In this document: one piece after another, positions 35,703-47,482 of the stretch
Position numbering within the stretch: the stretch's first letter is position 1
Layout of the letters: each line of letters begins with the position of its first letter
Assembly (NCBI RefSeq): GCF_021028975.2
Contig: NC_059430.1
Location: 38,998,001 to 39,062,000, forward strand
DNA length: 64,000 bases
Direction of reading: 5' to 3'
Origin: Sphaerodactylus townsendi
Lineage: Eukaryota
The notes under the pieces: generated by a model
Databases searched by the model: none
Told to the model about the DNA's origin: nothing
What the model saw: the letters and a program-made list of their open reading frames with translations, nothing else
Made by a program: the position numbers and the translations under genes

Positions 35703-37758
35703 ATTTGGTTAAACAAAATACATCTCTGTAAACAAACCCAGGACAAGGCTATAACAAAACAAAACCAAACAAGCAAGAAAACGATTATGGGCTTCTCCAT
35801 TCCCAAGCAATGGGACTGGGCTAGTACCTTTTTCTGTTACCATAACTCTTGTCCAGAGGGGTGTGGGTGATCACATGTTCCCTTTTCCTGAGCAGCTGAA
35901 TCACACCACTTTCCCTAGGAACAGAACAATGGCAAAAATACAGAGAAGAGAAACAGCCTTAAGTTTTTTAAAAAGATATTTGCATATTGTGCACTGGTCC
36001 ATTGATTTCCATGCAAACAGGGTCTCTCCAAAGTGCTGTTTAGTCAGCGTAGAGCATAGTCTTTCCTGCTGAGTTTTTAAAAATGCTCTTCAAAAAATGG
36101 CTTCAGGTAAGAAGCAGAACTGCAAGCCTGATGTTCTGCTGGTGGAAAGTGTGGGTAGGTGTGTACAAATTCTGCCAGCTGGTTTTGGTCATTGGAATGT
36201 GTAGTCCAGGAGGAGGGCGGGCTTGGTAAAAATAGATGTATTGGGCTTGGGCTGTAGTACATGCAGAGAAGAGCCACTTAGGTTTCCAGTATATTGTCTG
36301 CAGGTTGTCCAAAGGCCAAAGGATAAGATCATATTCTTATCTTGACACCACATGCTGCATCAAAGTGTGAAAGGATAGCATAGGTACTTGGAATGCTGAA
36401 TTAGCCGGTGGTGTACATTGTGCTCACATTCAGGAAGGGTAGGCCAAAGACTCCCACAACAGTGAAAAATGCAGAAAATGTAGGTTCTCTTTCTGCTGTT
36501 CCAATATTACTGGAGATGAAGCAGGCAGAAAACAATAGTAATGAAAAATGCAACAGTCATCCAGAGTCAGTAACAAAAAGTCCATCCCAAATTTTCCATT
36601 TCATCTACTGACTGTGACAATAATACTACATGCAACACCTGCACGGGGTGACATGGAAAACTGTAATTCAGTTTCCTGCTGTGGTGTAGGGCAGAGGGTG
36701 GCACAGTACAAAGCTGATTAATTCAGAGGACTGTTTATCTGCCAACCACAATGGAAGATTGTGGCTCAGTCTACCTCCAGGAAACAATCTCTTACCATTG
36801 GCCAACTTGCTGAAACACCTACCCCAACCACTTCCAGCTACTATGGGAGCCACAGAAATTTAGCCCTTAGATCCTATTTCATATTACTCCTTCCATCAGC
36901 ACTGTTTCCTAGAATGAGTCTTAGGTTGCTAAAATATAGCCAGCCTTCCCTTAAATTTTATTATTCTATCCCTTGTTTTAATCCCTGCTCAATAAATGTC
37001 TGCCTGCACTACAGGATTAACAGGATTTAGACTACAGCGAAGTCCCTTCCTCATCCTGCACAAACAAAAAAAACCCTGTGAGGCTTTTCAATAAGCTACT
37101 GCTTACCTCTTCCAACCCAGCTACTCTCTCATGCTCAGACCAACAAAGGACTCATTTAGATTGGCTAGCAGAAGACAAGAAAACTGCAGGATTTCCATAA
37201 TGGTGGTCCCATTTCCCCCCTATATGTCCCACAACTCTTGCTGCAATTAAGACTCCCAAGCTCTGTACTGTTGCTAAGAATATGTAGAGTTTCCTGTGAG
37301 TTCCATATAGTTTGCAAGTTTCTTCAAAATAGTTCTGGGTGGATATGAAGGGAGCATGCTTGGTCCCAGCCTTCCCACAAAGGAAAGGTAAGACACACTC
37401 TCCAGCCAAAAGGAGCTTTGGGAACTTCTGGAGACTTGTGTGTAACCGTTTAACATCCCTTAAGATTAATGGGAAGGAAGGGAAACAGGATTCTGATACC
37501 TCACTCCTAAAGCATATTCATGCATTTTAATTATACAGCATCGAGCAGATTCTTCTCCCAGTTAGTGTCTAGTTTCTGTTCTTCATGTTGGCTCTGACAA
37601 TACCTTGTGGCTGCTTTTATTGCACCCTTCAAATAAAAAAACAAACCCCAAACCCCCAGGGAACAGGTGTTAAAGCACTTATTATCCACATCACAGAACA
37701 AAGTAGTTGGTGAGGGGAAAGAACCAGTACTGTAGTGCAAGAACAAGGTGTTTGCAGG

Positions 37759-40700
37759 TCATGCATCAGCTCTCCAACTCTGATGTGCCTCTACATCCTC
37801 AGGCACTACCAAGAGAAGTTCACAGTTCTTTCCTCGCAGCTGGTGTCTCAAAAACTTCCTATGATATTGGAAAAGACAGGGAAAAGACAGTTAATGACAC
37901 CAGCTTCATTCTAGAGAAACCTAAAATCATTAGACCTGCATATTTAAGTCATTACCTCAAGCTTTCTCTCCCTCACAGAACAAAGCCAAACACTTGGATT
38001 TTGATTCAGGAGACCCGGTCCCAAGTTCTACTCTGCCATGGACTGGCCTTGTGGCCTCAGGCAACTGGCCACCTCTCTACCTGAGTGGCTCATCTGGACA
38101 ATGAATATAGTACAAACATTACCACTTCAGTTTAAACTGAAGCTAGAAATCTACACTCATCCCTGAGGCCAAGGACACAAACTATGGTACAAAGAATAAT
38201 AAATGCCTGCTTCCAATATTATCTCTTACTTATATTTTTCCTAATTCAGTTGCAAGAACAAGATCCAGAATGACACATATAGTTCCCCCCTTTTTAGCTC
38301 TGTTGCCAACCCTGTCTCTCCACATTAAAACACAATCATACTACACAGAAAACATACTCCAATTGACATTGTGTGCCAAGGCAGCACCCGTGATTGAAGG
38401 CTAGGATGGAAGAAGTCCTACCTGAGCTCATTTTCACCTCCAATCCATTCAGGCACCTTGAGTTTGGAGTCAAGATTGTAGTAAGAACCTCCCACTTCCC
38501 GAACACAGATCCAATGTTGCCGTTTAAGGGGGAGTTTTAATGGACCCCAGCAGAGGCTTGAGGGCAAATTCATAATGAAGCCCATCACATTAGAGAGGGC
38601 AATTACGTTAACATCCCTAGGAAAGAACAAAATGGTAAGGGACTCATACCCAGTTAGAAAAATCACCTAAAAAGCAAGAATGCTGATAGTGAGCCTGTCT
38701 TGGGACTCTGCTTCTCCTTACCTACGTTTATCCCACCAAACTGCTTCATAGCCTTTGGTTTGAAGAGCTGCCATGATGACATTCACATCGTAGTTCCCAT
38801 TTCCCAGCATGCTCTTCTTGTGTGGGGTCACCATGGTATTGGGAGACAACCTGAACAAAGCAAGGAAATGTATGTTTAGACAGTGACCAAAGAGGTGAAA
38901 TGAGCCATTGAAGGCTATATTAGGGAAAGAAGGATGAGAATGGTTGCTATTTTTCTCTCTGCAGCAACCCCCATCCCCCCATCTGCACATTTGCCCTCCT
39001 TATCCTTCACAGAACATACATTTCAGAAGCATGCCACTTCCACAACACCAGCTGCTTCCATCAGATGATAGCAGTCTTCCTGAGAGAAGTTCAAAAGGTG
39101 TATGCAGAACCCACAACTATGTCGGATGAACCTAAAGACTGCTTGAACAATGGTCAATAGATGCCAGCATCCAATAGAAGCCTCATCCATTATAAACAAT
39201 TTCAGAGAAATGTTTTTGAGAAACAGGTATTTTGACTTTCAAAGAGGGACAATGCAAGAAGATTCCATCTATTGTTCTAAAAAGTTTCTATTTAAGATTC
39301 ATACATCAAATATTACCTGAAGCAAGAAAGGAAGGTCATCTTGGCCTCAGACAAAAGAATAGTAAAATGCAAAGCTTCAATACTTCTGCATTAGGAATGA
39401 CCATCTTCAGACATTTACCATGAATAGATCTTTCCTCTCTGCTACTAGATGACCTTTCATAGCCCAGATTAACCTAATTTCATCACAGCTTGGCTATGAA
39501 GCAAAGCTGGAATTTAGATAGGAGACTAACAGCTGAATCCAGAGGTCTGGAAGAGCAGGCGGAACCATTGCTACTGCCACTGCCACCTCCACAGGACTTT
39601 TTGGTGACGCTGGGAGAAAAAAAAAGACAAAACCTCCTTGCTGCTGGAAACCCCTCCATAAGGCTCCATGGACTTACACCATTGGAGCCCAGGGCCACAG
39701 TGCATCCAGAGGGAAAGAGCCAACTAATTTTGTGCATCCAGAGGGTGGCGCCAACTAATGTTGGCACCACCCCTGGCCATGCCTGGTGGCAGATTTCCCC
39801 TCCACCCTAGAAAGTGCCTTGGGAAGGGTATTTGTGCCAGCATAGGGCCACACTGTACCCACAACTCCCTCATAACTTCCCCACCCACACGCTCTGGTGT
39901 CGGTTGTGTCTGCTATACAGAGAAAAGCAATGGCAAACCACTCTGCCCATCTCTTGCCTTGAAAACGACATGGGATCATCATGAGTCAGTTGTGACTTGT
40001 GGGCACTTTTCAGGTTTTAATTTCTCTCTCTTTTTTAAATTGGGGAGAAGGGGCCTGCTGTCATAAATGTCTAGTCTACGTAGGTAGAGAAACAGGCGAG
40101 GAGAAATATTAGCTGAATGTAGACAGTACAGGGGCCCTTTTCTATAGGAAAACTATAGGCTAAACTACATATATGAGATGTCTGAAATTATATTTGAAAG
40201 AACATAAACCTTACAACCTGCAGTCAAGAACCTAGAAATCAGGAGGCTTCCTGAAGTTTCAGATGTTTTTCACAAACTTGATTTTTCATTTCCTGCCAGC
40301 CCAAATTAGAACTCAAGTTCCATGTGCTGTGTCTTAAATTAAGGCTCCTGAGAATTGTTAAGGAACAGAGAATACTCCCCTAAGAGCAAGAAAACACTGC
40401 ACAAACAACACAGGAACTATTGCACTCACTATTTTACTTACTTTCATTTTCAATAAAAGCTCCGAATCAAAGTTAGAAAATTCTGTCTTTATAGCACCAT
40501 TCTGTATCAATGGGATTTACTCCTAATAGGCATACAAAACACATGCCAGGAGAGAATTTCAGCTTGCAAATGGCTGGGCAGTACGTTTAATAAAAACAAA
40601 TAGTTAACAAGTTCTGGTGTAGATTTTTCAGCTTAAGCTTCAAGCCACTTACAAAGTGTTAATGCTATTATGAGAATGTTATCTACTCTTTCATCAGAGG

Positions 40701-41457
40701 ATAGGAGGGGATACAGGATGCATTGCTGCATTTTGTCAGCAACCTGTGCACTTGGAAATTAGGAAAACAAGTGTTTGCAGAAGACAGCGATTTCCAAATA
40801 GCAGGTTATAGGCAATGTGAAGATGGTCTGTAGGCTATCAGCTGTAACTCAAAGGACTAAGGACCACACAGCAAACATGGCAGCAAATGTATGTTTAACT
40901 CTGTGTCAACATAGCAGGAAACATCGGTCAAACATGCCTCTCCTTTTGTAATGTGTACATATGTGTGTTTTTTAAAAATGTGTATTGATTTAAGACCTCT
41001 GCAAAGTGGCTCTAAGTGGATTTTGTTTCCAAGTCAAAGGCCAGGCTATGACCCTAACAAGGACAAAATGTACGGACGAAAAAACTCTTTTGACAGCTGC
41101 TGGCAAAAAAAATCAATTCAACAATCCGTAGTAATATTCTCAGTACCTATCTTCTTTCTCATACTCACTCTACAAACTGCTTCCAAGGCACTAATCCAAG
41201 GTACAAAAAAAAAAAAAGGAAAGACACATACACAAGATTATCAGAGTGCCAGCAAAGTTAAGTTTGACATACCTCTGGAAAATCTCCTGCAGCGTGTCTC
41301 GTGTAAAGGCATTGCTGTCCTGGAAGACATTATTGAGGGCATGGAGGGCACACAACTCCCTGTGTTGTTTTTCATGATAAATATGCACTGGCATTAGCTG
41401 TGGTGTTTCTGGTGATTCTGATTTGGTTTTGTCACCTTTCCATGGCACACAACTCAT
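37759..41457 (-). CDS. JOSD1: Josephin-1 deubiquitinase (202 aa); exons 41457-41273, 38850-38722, 38616-38422, 37858-37759
   Basis: [10 protein letters not shown]...[21 protein letters not shown] (catalytic Cys), [36 protein letters not shown] (catalytic His/Asp), ...AHQSWRADA*; 609 nt, phases consistent. Confidence 0.97.
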
Positions 41458-42439
41458 TTTTTTTGTAGTGTACGAAGTGAAGATGGGAAGAGATAAAATG
41501 TGTAAAGTCTCTTCTCACACACAAACAAATAGCAACTGACAACTTTTTTTTAATAGAAAACTCCAGTTCACAAGCTGCAAGCCTGTTGCTGCTTTAAGAG
41601 TTGGTCTTATTGGATGATTGCATAAGAAACTTTTAAAGATCTGAATCATTTTTCTTCCATCGTCATTCTTCCTCCGCTTTCAAGAGACTGTCCTTAATAT
41701 ATACCCCTCTGTATCTTAGTTACTCCTTGAAAAAAATATTTTACAATTTATGTGGCCATAACATCAGATTGCCAGAAGAAATTTATCACATCGTTCTTTT
41801 TCCTCCATTTCCTCTGGTCAATGATGCCACTAAGCAACAGATCCACAGCCAAAGTCTGAAATTATGCTCACTTTCAAAAAACAAAAGAAAGCAGAAACTT
41901 CATGAAATTAAGGAAGGCCAGCTGGCTGCTGTCCAAAAGGAATATAGGAATGCCAGAGAGGCATCAAGGGCACTTTTCCATTCTTGAGAGAGAGGCTATG
42001 TCCTAGAAACAAAGATGCCAAGAGGTAGACAACTTCCTCTTCCAAGGTAGAAGGGAATAAAGCAGCTCCACTTCACTAATGCTCCTTGTATTCCTGACAA
42101 GAGAAAAGACAGCTCCAATTAGGCACTTTCCCCTTTTCACTATGCTGAGAACAAAAATACAAATAAGCACCTCGAAGCTGGTTTTTACAGCTATGTTGTA
42201 TAATTACACCCAAGGCAACAACAAAACTCCAAGGCCTACACCGCCCAGGACCCACAACCTCGTTTCTCCCAATTTGGGAAGGCTGGCTTTCCCTAGCCTG
42301 CCCAATACAACCGTTCCAGGCACAGCAGAGCTAAGGATGCTGTCCTTTCTCACCACAGAAGGAAAAGCTCCGATAGCAAAGGGGGACTTGGGGGAAGGGG
42401 TTCCGTGTTTGCCAGGCCAGAACTCTAGCCTGTGTTGTA

Positions 42440-43010
42440 ACGCCGCAACTGGGCACGAAGCGAGGCCTGGTCGAGACTCCGCCACCACCTCCCACTAGTC
42501 ACGGGAGAAAGCTGCTGCTTATGGCAGCCACTTCTTGAGAACGGGGGGGGGGGGGGCGCTGGAGCACTTGCCAACTTGGGGTGACTCAGATATTCCGTGG
42601 GGAGGGGAACTGCCCAGGGCGGCGTGTGAGGGAGGCTACCCAGGTCCTCAGAGAGGAAGGGCCGGAGACCCTCTAGGCGACCACCCGACTGGACCCTTCT
42701 CGAGTGGGTCAAAGAACGCCCCCCCCATACTCCCCTCCCGCCCCCCCCACTCACCCGACCACCTTGGCCGCAGAGGCTGCACATGCGCACCCATCCCAGG
42801 CCCGTCGCGCGCACGCTTGGCCACGCCTCTCTACGTCCCCAGAGCGGGGCTCCGCGTAACGTCGTAGCAAGGGGCGTTTGTTGCCCTAAAAGCCCAGAAG
42901 GGGCCTCTTTTCTCGTAGCAGGAACGGTGCAGTTGCTGTTGCCCCAGGTTGCGGCGTATTGGGCGCGTGCAGCTTTTTTAAAGAGGATAGTGCGCAGTTG
43001 TAGAGACTAA
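42440..43010 (-). promoter_or_regulatory. JOSD1 CpG island/promoter and probable non-coding exon 1 (donor CGG|GTGAGT at 42755/42754, acceptor at 42095-42094)
   Basis: CpG-rich; NRF1-like TGCACATGCGCA at 42778-42789; strong donor; pyrimidine-rich acceptor ctgtcttttctcttgtcAG. Confidence 0.65.
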
Positions 43011-43059
43011 AGTATTACAGTTAAGCTAACAAGCCAGTTTTCTTCTTCCCGCAGAGCTG

Positions 43060-43193
43060 GTGGATTCCGCCCAGCAGGTTTATAACGAGTTGTAGTCGTT
43101 ATAGTTGAATTCTTCTTTTCCATTTATACGAAGGGAAAACGAGTTGATTTATAACAATTGCAACTCGTTATAAATCTGCTGTACGGAATCCAC
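43060..43193. mobile_element. Palindromic MITE just upstream of the JOSD1 promoter
   Basis: GTGGATTCCG..CAGCAGGTTTATAACGAGTTG / CAACTCGTTATAAATCTGCTG..CGGAATCCAC inverted arms. Confidence 0.7.
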
Positions 43194-44059
43194 TGCGTTT
43201 GTTTGTTTGTTTATATTACATTTTTACCCCGCCAATCTTCCGAAGGACTCAAGGTGGCTTACAAATAAAGACATATAAAACAGTACAAAAACATAAATAA
43301 TATAAAATATGGACATTATATAAACATTATAAACATCAAAACGAGTTTCAACAAGATAGCATTAAAAAAAACCTACACGGGGACACAAAGACTCTTGTTC
43401 CCTATCGCTAAGGGCTGGTTGCTGGGATAAAGTGAAGGTGTGTACGCGATTCTTGGAGATGAGATAGGGCACAAAATTCCATTAATGATTTTTAGGAGTT
43501 GCCCTCACACCTAGGACTGTATACCTCAGGGGGTGTAGCTTAACATAGGCATGTTTTTGCTTTGGCACAGTGCAGACGCAAAAGTTTCTACCTGGATTTT
43601 CTCCACATGGGACGTAGGTAACCACTGTATTGAAGGGGAACGTTGATAAGGTTCAGCTATGTCAAGGTTGACTTGTGACTGTGTGGAAACTTTTCATTGA
43701 TTCAAGGTGCAAACACTGGCCAGAATTGATTGTATATTGCCTACTTTGGGTACCAGGAACAGTTTCAGGTTCCATCGTTTGCCAGTGGGTACCCCTGGCA
43801 GATCTAACCGGAAGTAGGGTTGCCAGCTCCTTATGTCTTCCTTCTAGCTATACTCCAGCTCCCTGGTTTACTAGGGAGTTTGGGGAATTAAGAAGTACTG
43901 ATGTGCTGATGCAATGTGTAATTGGCTCACATCAAGGCAGACTGTGTAGCCCACCTGAAGACCTATGAGACAGTGCGGACAGCAGCAAAGGCTTTAGTTT
44001 CTATTAGAAAAAGAGGAGTTTTTGTACCTCACTTTTCTTTACCAAAAGGTGTCTCAAAG

Positions 44060-44186
44060 TGGCTTTTTGAGTTTTCTGGGCTGTGTGGCCATGATCTGGT
44101 AGTTTTTGTTCCTACCGTTTTGCCTTCATCTATGGCTGGCATCTTCAGAGGCATGTCATCATAGGAAGTGTGTCTTTCCATGGCAT
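44060..44186 (-). mobile_element. Degenerate PLE terminal-repeat fragment nested in a SINE
   Basis: Similar to the left arm of the 44825-45072 element; flanked by direct repeat GGTGTCTCAAAG (44048-44059, 44187-44198); hammerhead GAAA changed to AAAA. Confidence 0.7.
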
Positions 44187-44824
44187 GGTGTCTCAAAGCA
44201 TCTTACAGTCACCTTCCCCACCCCTCAACAGACACCTTGTGAGGTAGGTGAGGCTGAGAGAGTTCTGAGGGAGCTGTGACTAGCCCAAGGTCACCCAGCA
44301 GGCTTCATGTGGAGGAATGAGAAAACAAACCTGGTTCACTGGATCAAAGTCTGTGGCTCATGTGGAGGAGCAGAGAATCAAATCCAGTTGTCCAGATTAG
44401 AATCTGCCCCTCTTAGCCACTACACTACCACACTGGTTCTCTGTTGCATTTGCTGAATCACATTCAGCACAACTGTTCAGGATTGTACAGAACCAGTATT
44501 TGACACACTTGTGGAAAATAATGTGATTATGCTCTGTGATGAATTTGCATTGTTCTTTGCAGACAAGATATATCTGATCCAATTTAACTTGGATGCCTGT
44601 TTGCATTTAGGTTGCATAGGAAAAGTATTAGAAGCACCATCTTGTCGATTTTCTATGGATAGTTTAGGACTGGTATCCCTGAACAGTGTTGGTTGGATTA
44701 TAGGTATTCTGAAGGCCATCGCCTGTGTGGCTTGGACCCTTGTCTCTGTGACCAATAAAATTCTGCCTTGAAAAGCTGAGAGTACCCTGTGTGGGAGAAT
44801 TTCTCCATGAAAAAAGGAAGAAAT

Positions 44825-45072
44825 TGTCGAAGGATTTCACAGCCAGATTCAACTGGTTCTTGTGGGTTTTCCGGGCTGTGTGGTTGTGGTCTGGTGGATC
44901 TTGTTCCTAACGTTTCGCCTGCATCTGTGGCTGGCATCTTTAGAGGTGTATTACAGAGGGTGACTTCCCTCTGTGATACACCTCTGAAGATGCCAGCCAC
45001 AGATGCAGGCGAAACGTTAGGAACAAGATCCACCAGACCACGGCCACACAGCCCGGAAAACCCACCAGAGCC
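44825..45072. mobile_element. Fold-back (inverted) Penelope terminal-repeat insertion with two opposed hammerhead motifs
   Basis: 107-bp inverted arms (44854-44960 / 44967-45073); 12-bp direct repeat AAAGGAAGAAAT at 44813-44824 and 45073-45084; arms resemble 23395-23530. Confidence 0.85.
44981..45021 (+). ncRNA. Minimal hammerhead motif, intact core
   Basis: CCT-CTGAAGA-T-GCC..GGC-GAAAC-GTT-AGG. Confidence 0.7.
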
Positions 45073-45269
45073 AAAGGAAGAAATGTTTACTGGTACACAT
45101 TTGATGTGGCAACTTACAGACTGGTCTCCAACAGTGTAGACTTAAGCAGAGTTATATACTTCTCAGCCTACTGAAGTCAGTGGGCTCAGAAAGGTGTAAC
45201 TCTGCTTAAGTCTGCTTCTTGACCTGTTGGGACAATATGATATGTATGGTATGTATTATATGTTGCTGC

Positions 45270-45930
45270 ATCTTCCTTGACAAGTGTTCATCCAACTGGG
45301 GGAGCTGTTACCTCCCTAGGCAACTGATTCCACTGCTGAACAATTCTTATTGTAAAGATTTCCCCCTAATATCTGGCTGGTACCCTTCAACTCATAATGT
45401 GAACCCATGATTGCAAGTCCTATCCTCTGCTGCCAACAGAAACAACTCCTTGCCCTCTTCTAAGTGACATCCCTTCAAATACTTAAAGAAAGAAATCATG
45501 TCCCCCTCACCTCCTCTTCCCCAGACTGAACACTCCCAAGTCCCTCAGTCTTTCCTTGTAGGGTTTGGCCTTGAGGCCCTGGTTATCCTTGTCTCTCTCT
45601 TCTACCCCTCTCCAGTCTTTCAAGATTCTCCAGAACTATACATAGTATTTTGGGTGCAGTCTGACCAATGCTGTGTACAGCAGGACTATGACATCTTGTG
45701 ATTTGGATGTTATGCCTCTGTTGATACCTCCCAAGACTGTATTAGCCTTTTTTGCCACTGTATTACAGTGGCTGCTCATGTTTAGTTTACAGTGCACCTG
45801 TACCCCAAGATTTTGTTCACACACACTACTATCCAGAATGTTATCCCCATTTCAGTTCATGTGTTTCTTTTTTGTTACCTAGATGTAGAATTGTGCATTT
45901 ATCCTTGTTGAATAACATGTTGTTCACATG
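45270..45930 (-). mobile_element. Degenerate CR1 LINE fragment
   Basis: EQNLGVQVHCKLNMSSHCNTVAKKANTVLGGINRGITSKSQDVIVLLYTALVRLHP is a CR1 ORF2-like peptide. Confidence 0.8.
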
Positions 45931-46189
45931 TTGTATCTCTACTTACGTAGCACCATCTACTGCTCGTTTAACATGTCATGTTTAATATTATGCATTGCTC
46001 ACATTTCTGCTTTGTTTCATATTTCTCCAACCCCAGCCCTATTAGGTCTCATCCAATTAATTGTATTGACTTACGCTGTGTAATCCTCCTTGAGTCTCAG
46101 TAACCAAGATGGACTATAACATTAATAAATAGATAAAATGTGCCTTTCGACAAGTGGTGACAGAGCAGCTACAAAAGCCCCTGCAGCCT

Positions 46190-47030
46190 TTTTCAGTCTG
46201 GCTTCAGATCTGATTTTGGGACCAAGACACATTAATCATTCTGATGGATGACAGTCAGTTGTAGCTGGAAAAGAATAATGCATCCCTTTTGGTCCTATTA
46301 GATCTGTCTGTAGTCTTTAGTACTGCTGACCATCTAATTCTCTTGAGCCATTATGTGGGCAGCACTCTGATTGTTTTAGCCCTTCCTGTTGGATAGAACT
46401 CAGAAAATAGTCATCAGAGATGCTAAAATCAACAGTTTGGTTGTTATGCAGCCCCTTTTCCTTGCCTCAGTGAATTCTAACATTATGTTAGACTAGAGAT
46501 TATCCACACATTCGTGTCTGTGTACCATCAATATGTAAGTAACATCCAGCTTTCTATGTAATTAAATTAGCCTCCAGAACAGCTGGATGGGTCAGTCCTG
46601 GATTAATGGAAGCATACTGTGGTCAGATGACTAAGGAAGAACAAGCTAAAATGTTTAGTTGGTTAGTTAGTGGAGAGATCCCCTTCTTAGTTTTGTATTG
46701 GGTGAATTTAGTACTAACTGATTTTGGAGTGTTCCTTGATCCAGGTTTGCTTTTGGAAAAGAAGGTTGGCAGTGCTGTTGCAAGAAGTGTTTTCTTTCAA
46801 TTACATTTTATGTGGAGCTAATCTTGCATTGTAGGCTCAACTGTTTTGGCCTTTCTGACGCACATTACTGTAACCTCACAGTTAGATGATTGATTCTACC
46901 CTTACAAACTCCTCAGAAATTTCACTTGGGGAAAGGCAGAAATTTTGCAGCCTATTCGTTGACTGGAGCCCAAAGATATGATTGTAAAAAAACCAGTCTT
47001 AAAACAGCTTGATTAGCTGCTTTCAGTAGT
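46190..47030 (+). mobile_element. Highly degenerate L2-like LINE RT remnant (similar remnants near 11490-12190, 43700-44760, 51800-52060)
   Basis: Remnant motifs FQSGFR and LVLLDLS..F.T.DH.IL. Confidence 0.5.
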
Positions 47031-47041
47031 ATCAGATTTGC

Positions 47042-47482
47042 CTATAGACTTAGAATCATAGGGTTGGAAGAAACCCCAAGGGCCATCAAATCCAACCCCC
47101 AGCAATGCAAGAACACATAATCAAAGCACTCCTGACCATCCCGCCTCTCTTTAAAAACCTCCAAAGAAGGAGACTCCACCATGCTCCAAGGTAGTGGATT
47201 CCACTGTTGAACAACCCTTACTGTCAGGAAGTTTTTTTTGATGTTTAGGTGAAATCTCTTTTCCTTCATCTTGAACCCATTACTCTTGGTCCTAGTCTCT
47301 GGAGCAGCAGAAAACAAGCTCGCTCCCTCACCAACATGACATTTCTTCAAATATCTGAAAATGGCTATCATGTCATCTCTTAACCTTCTCTTGACCAAAC
47401 TAAACCTCCCCAGCTTCTAAGTCTCTCCTCGTAGGGCATGGATTCCAGACCTTTTACCATTTTGGTTGCCCTCCTCTGGACC
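47042..47482 (-). mobile_element. CR1 LINE 3' fragment
   Basis: Translation KRRLRDDMIAIFRYLK...RTKSNGFK...KKNFLTVRVVQQWNPLP..VESPSLEVFK matches the CR1 ORF2 C-terminus; ends in a TTCTATGATTCTA-type tail. Confidence 0.85.

Noticed and set aside
44698-45139. Two opposite-strand ORFs encoding nearly the same peptide
   Set aside because: A direct consequence of the DNA palindrome, not evidence of coding.
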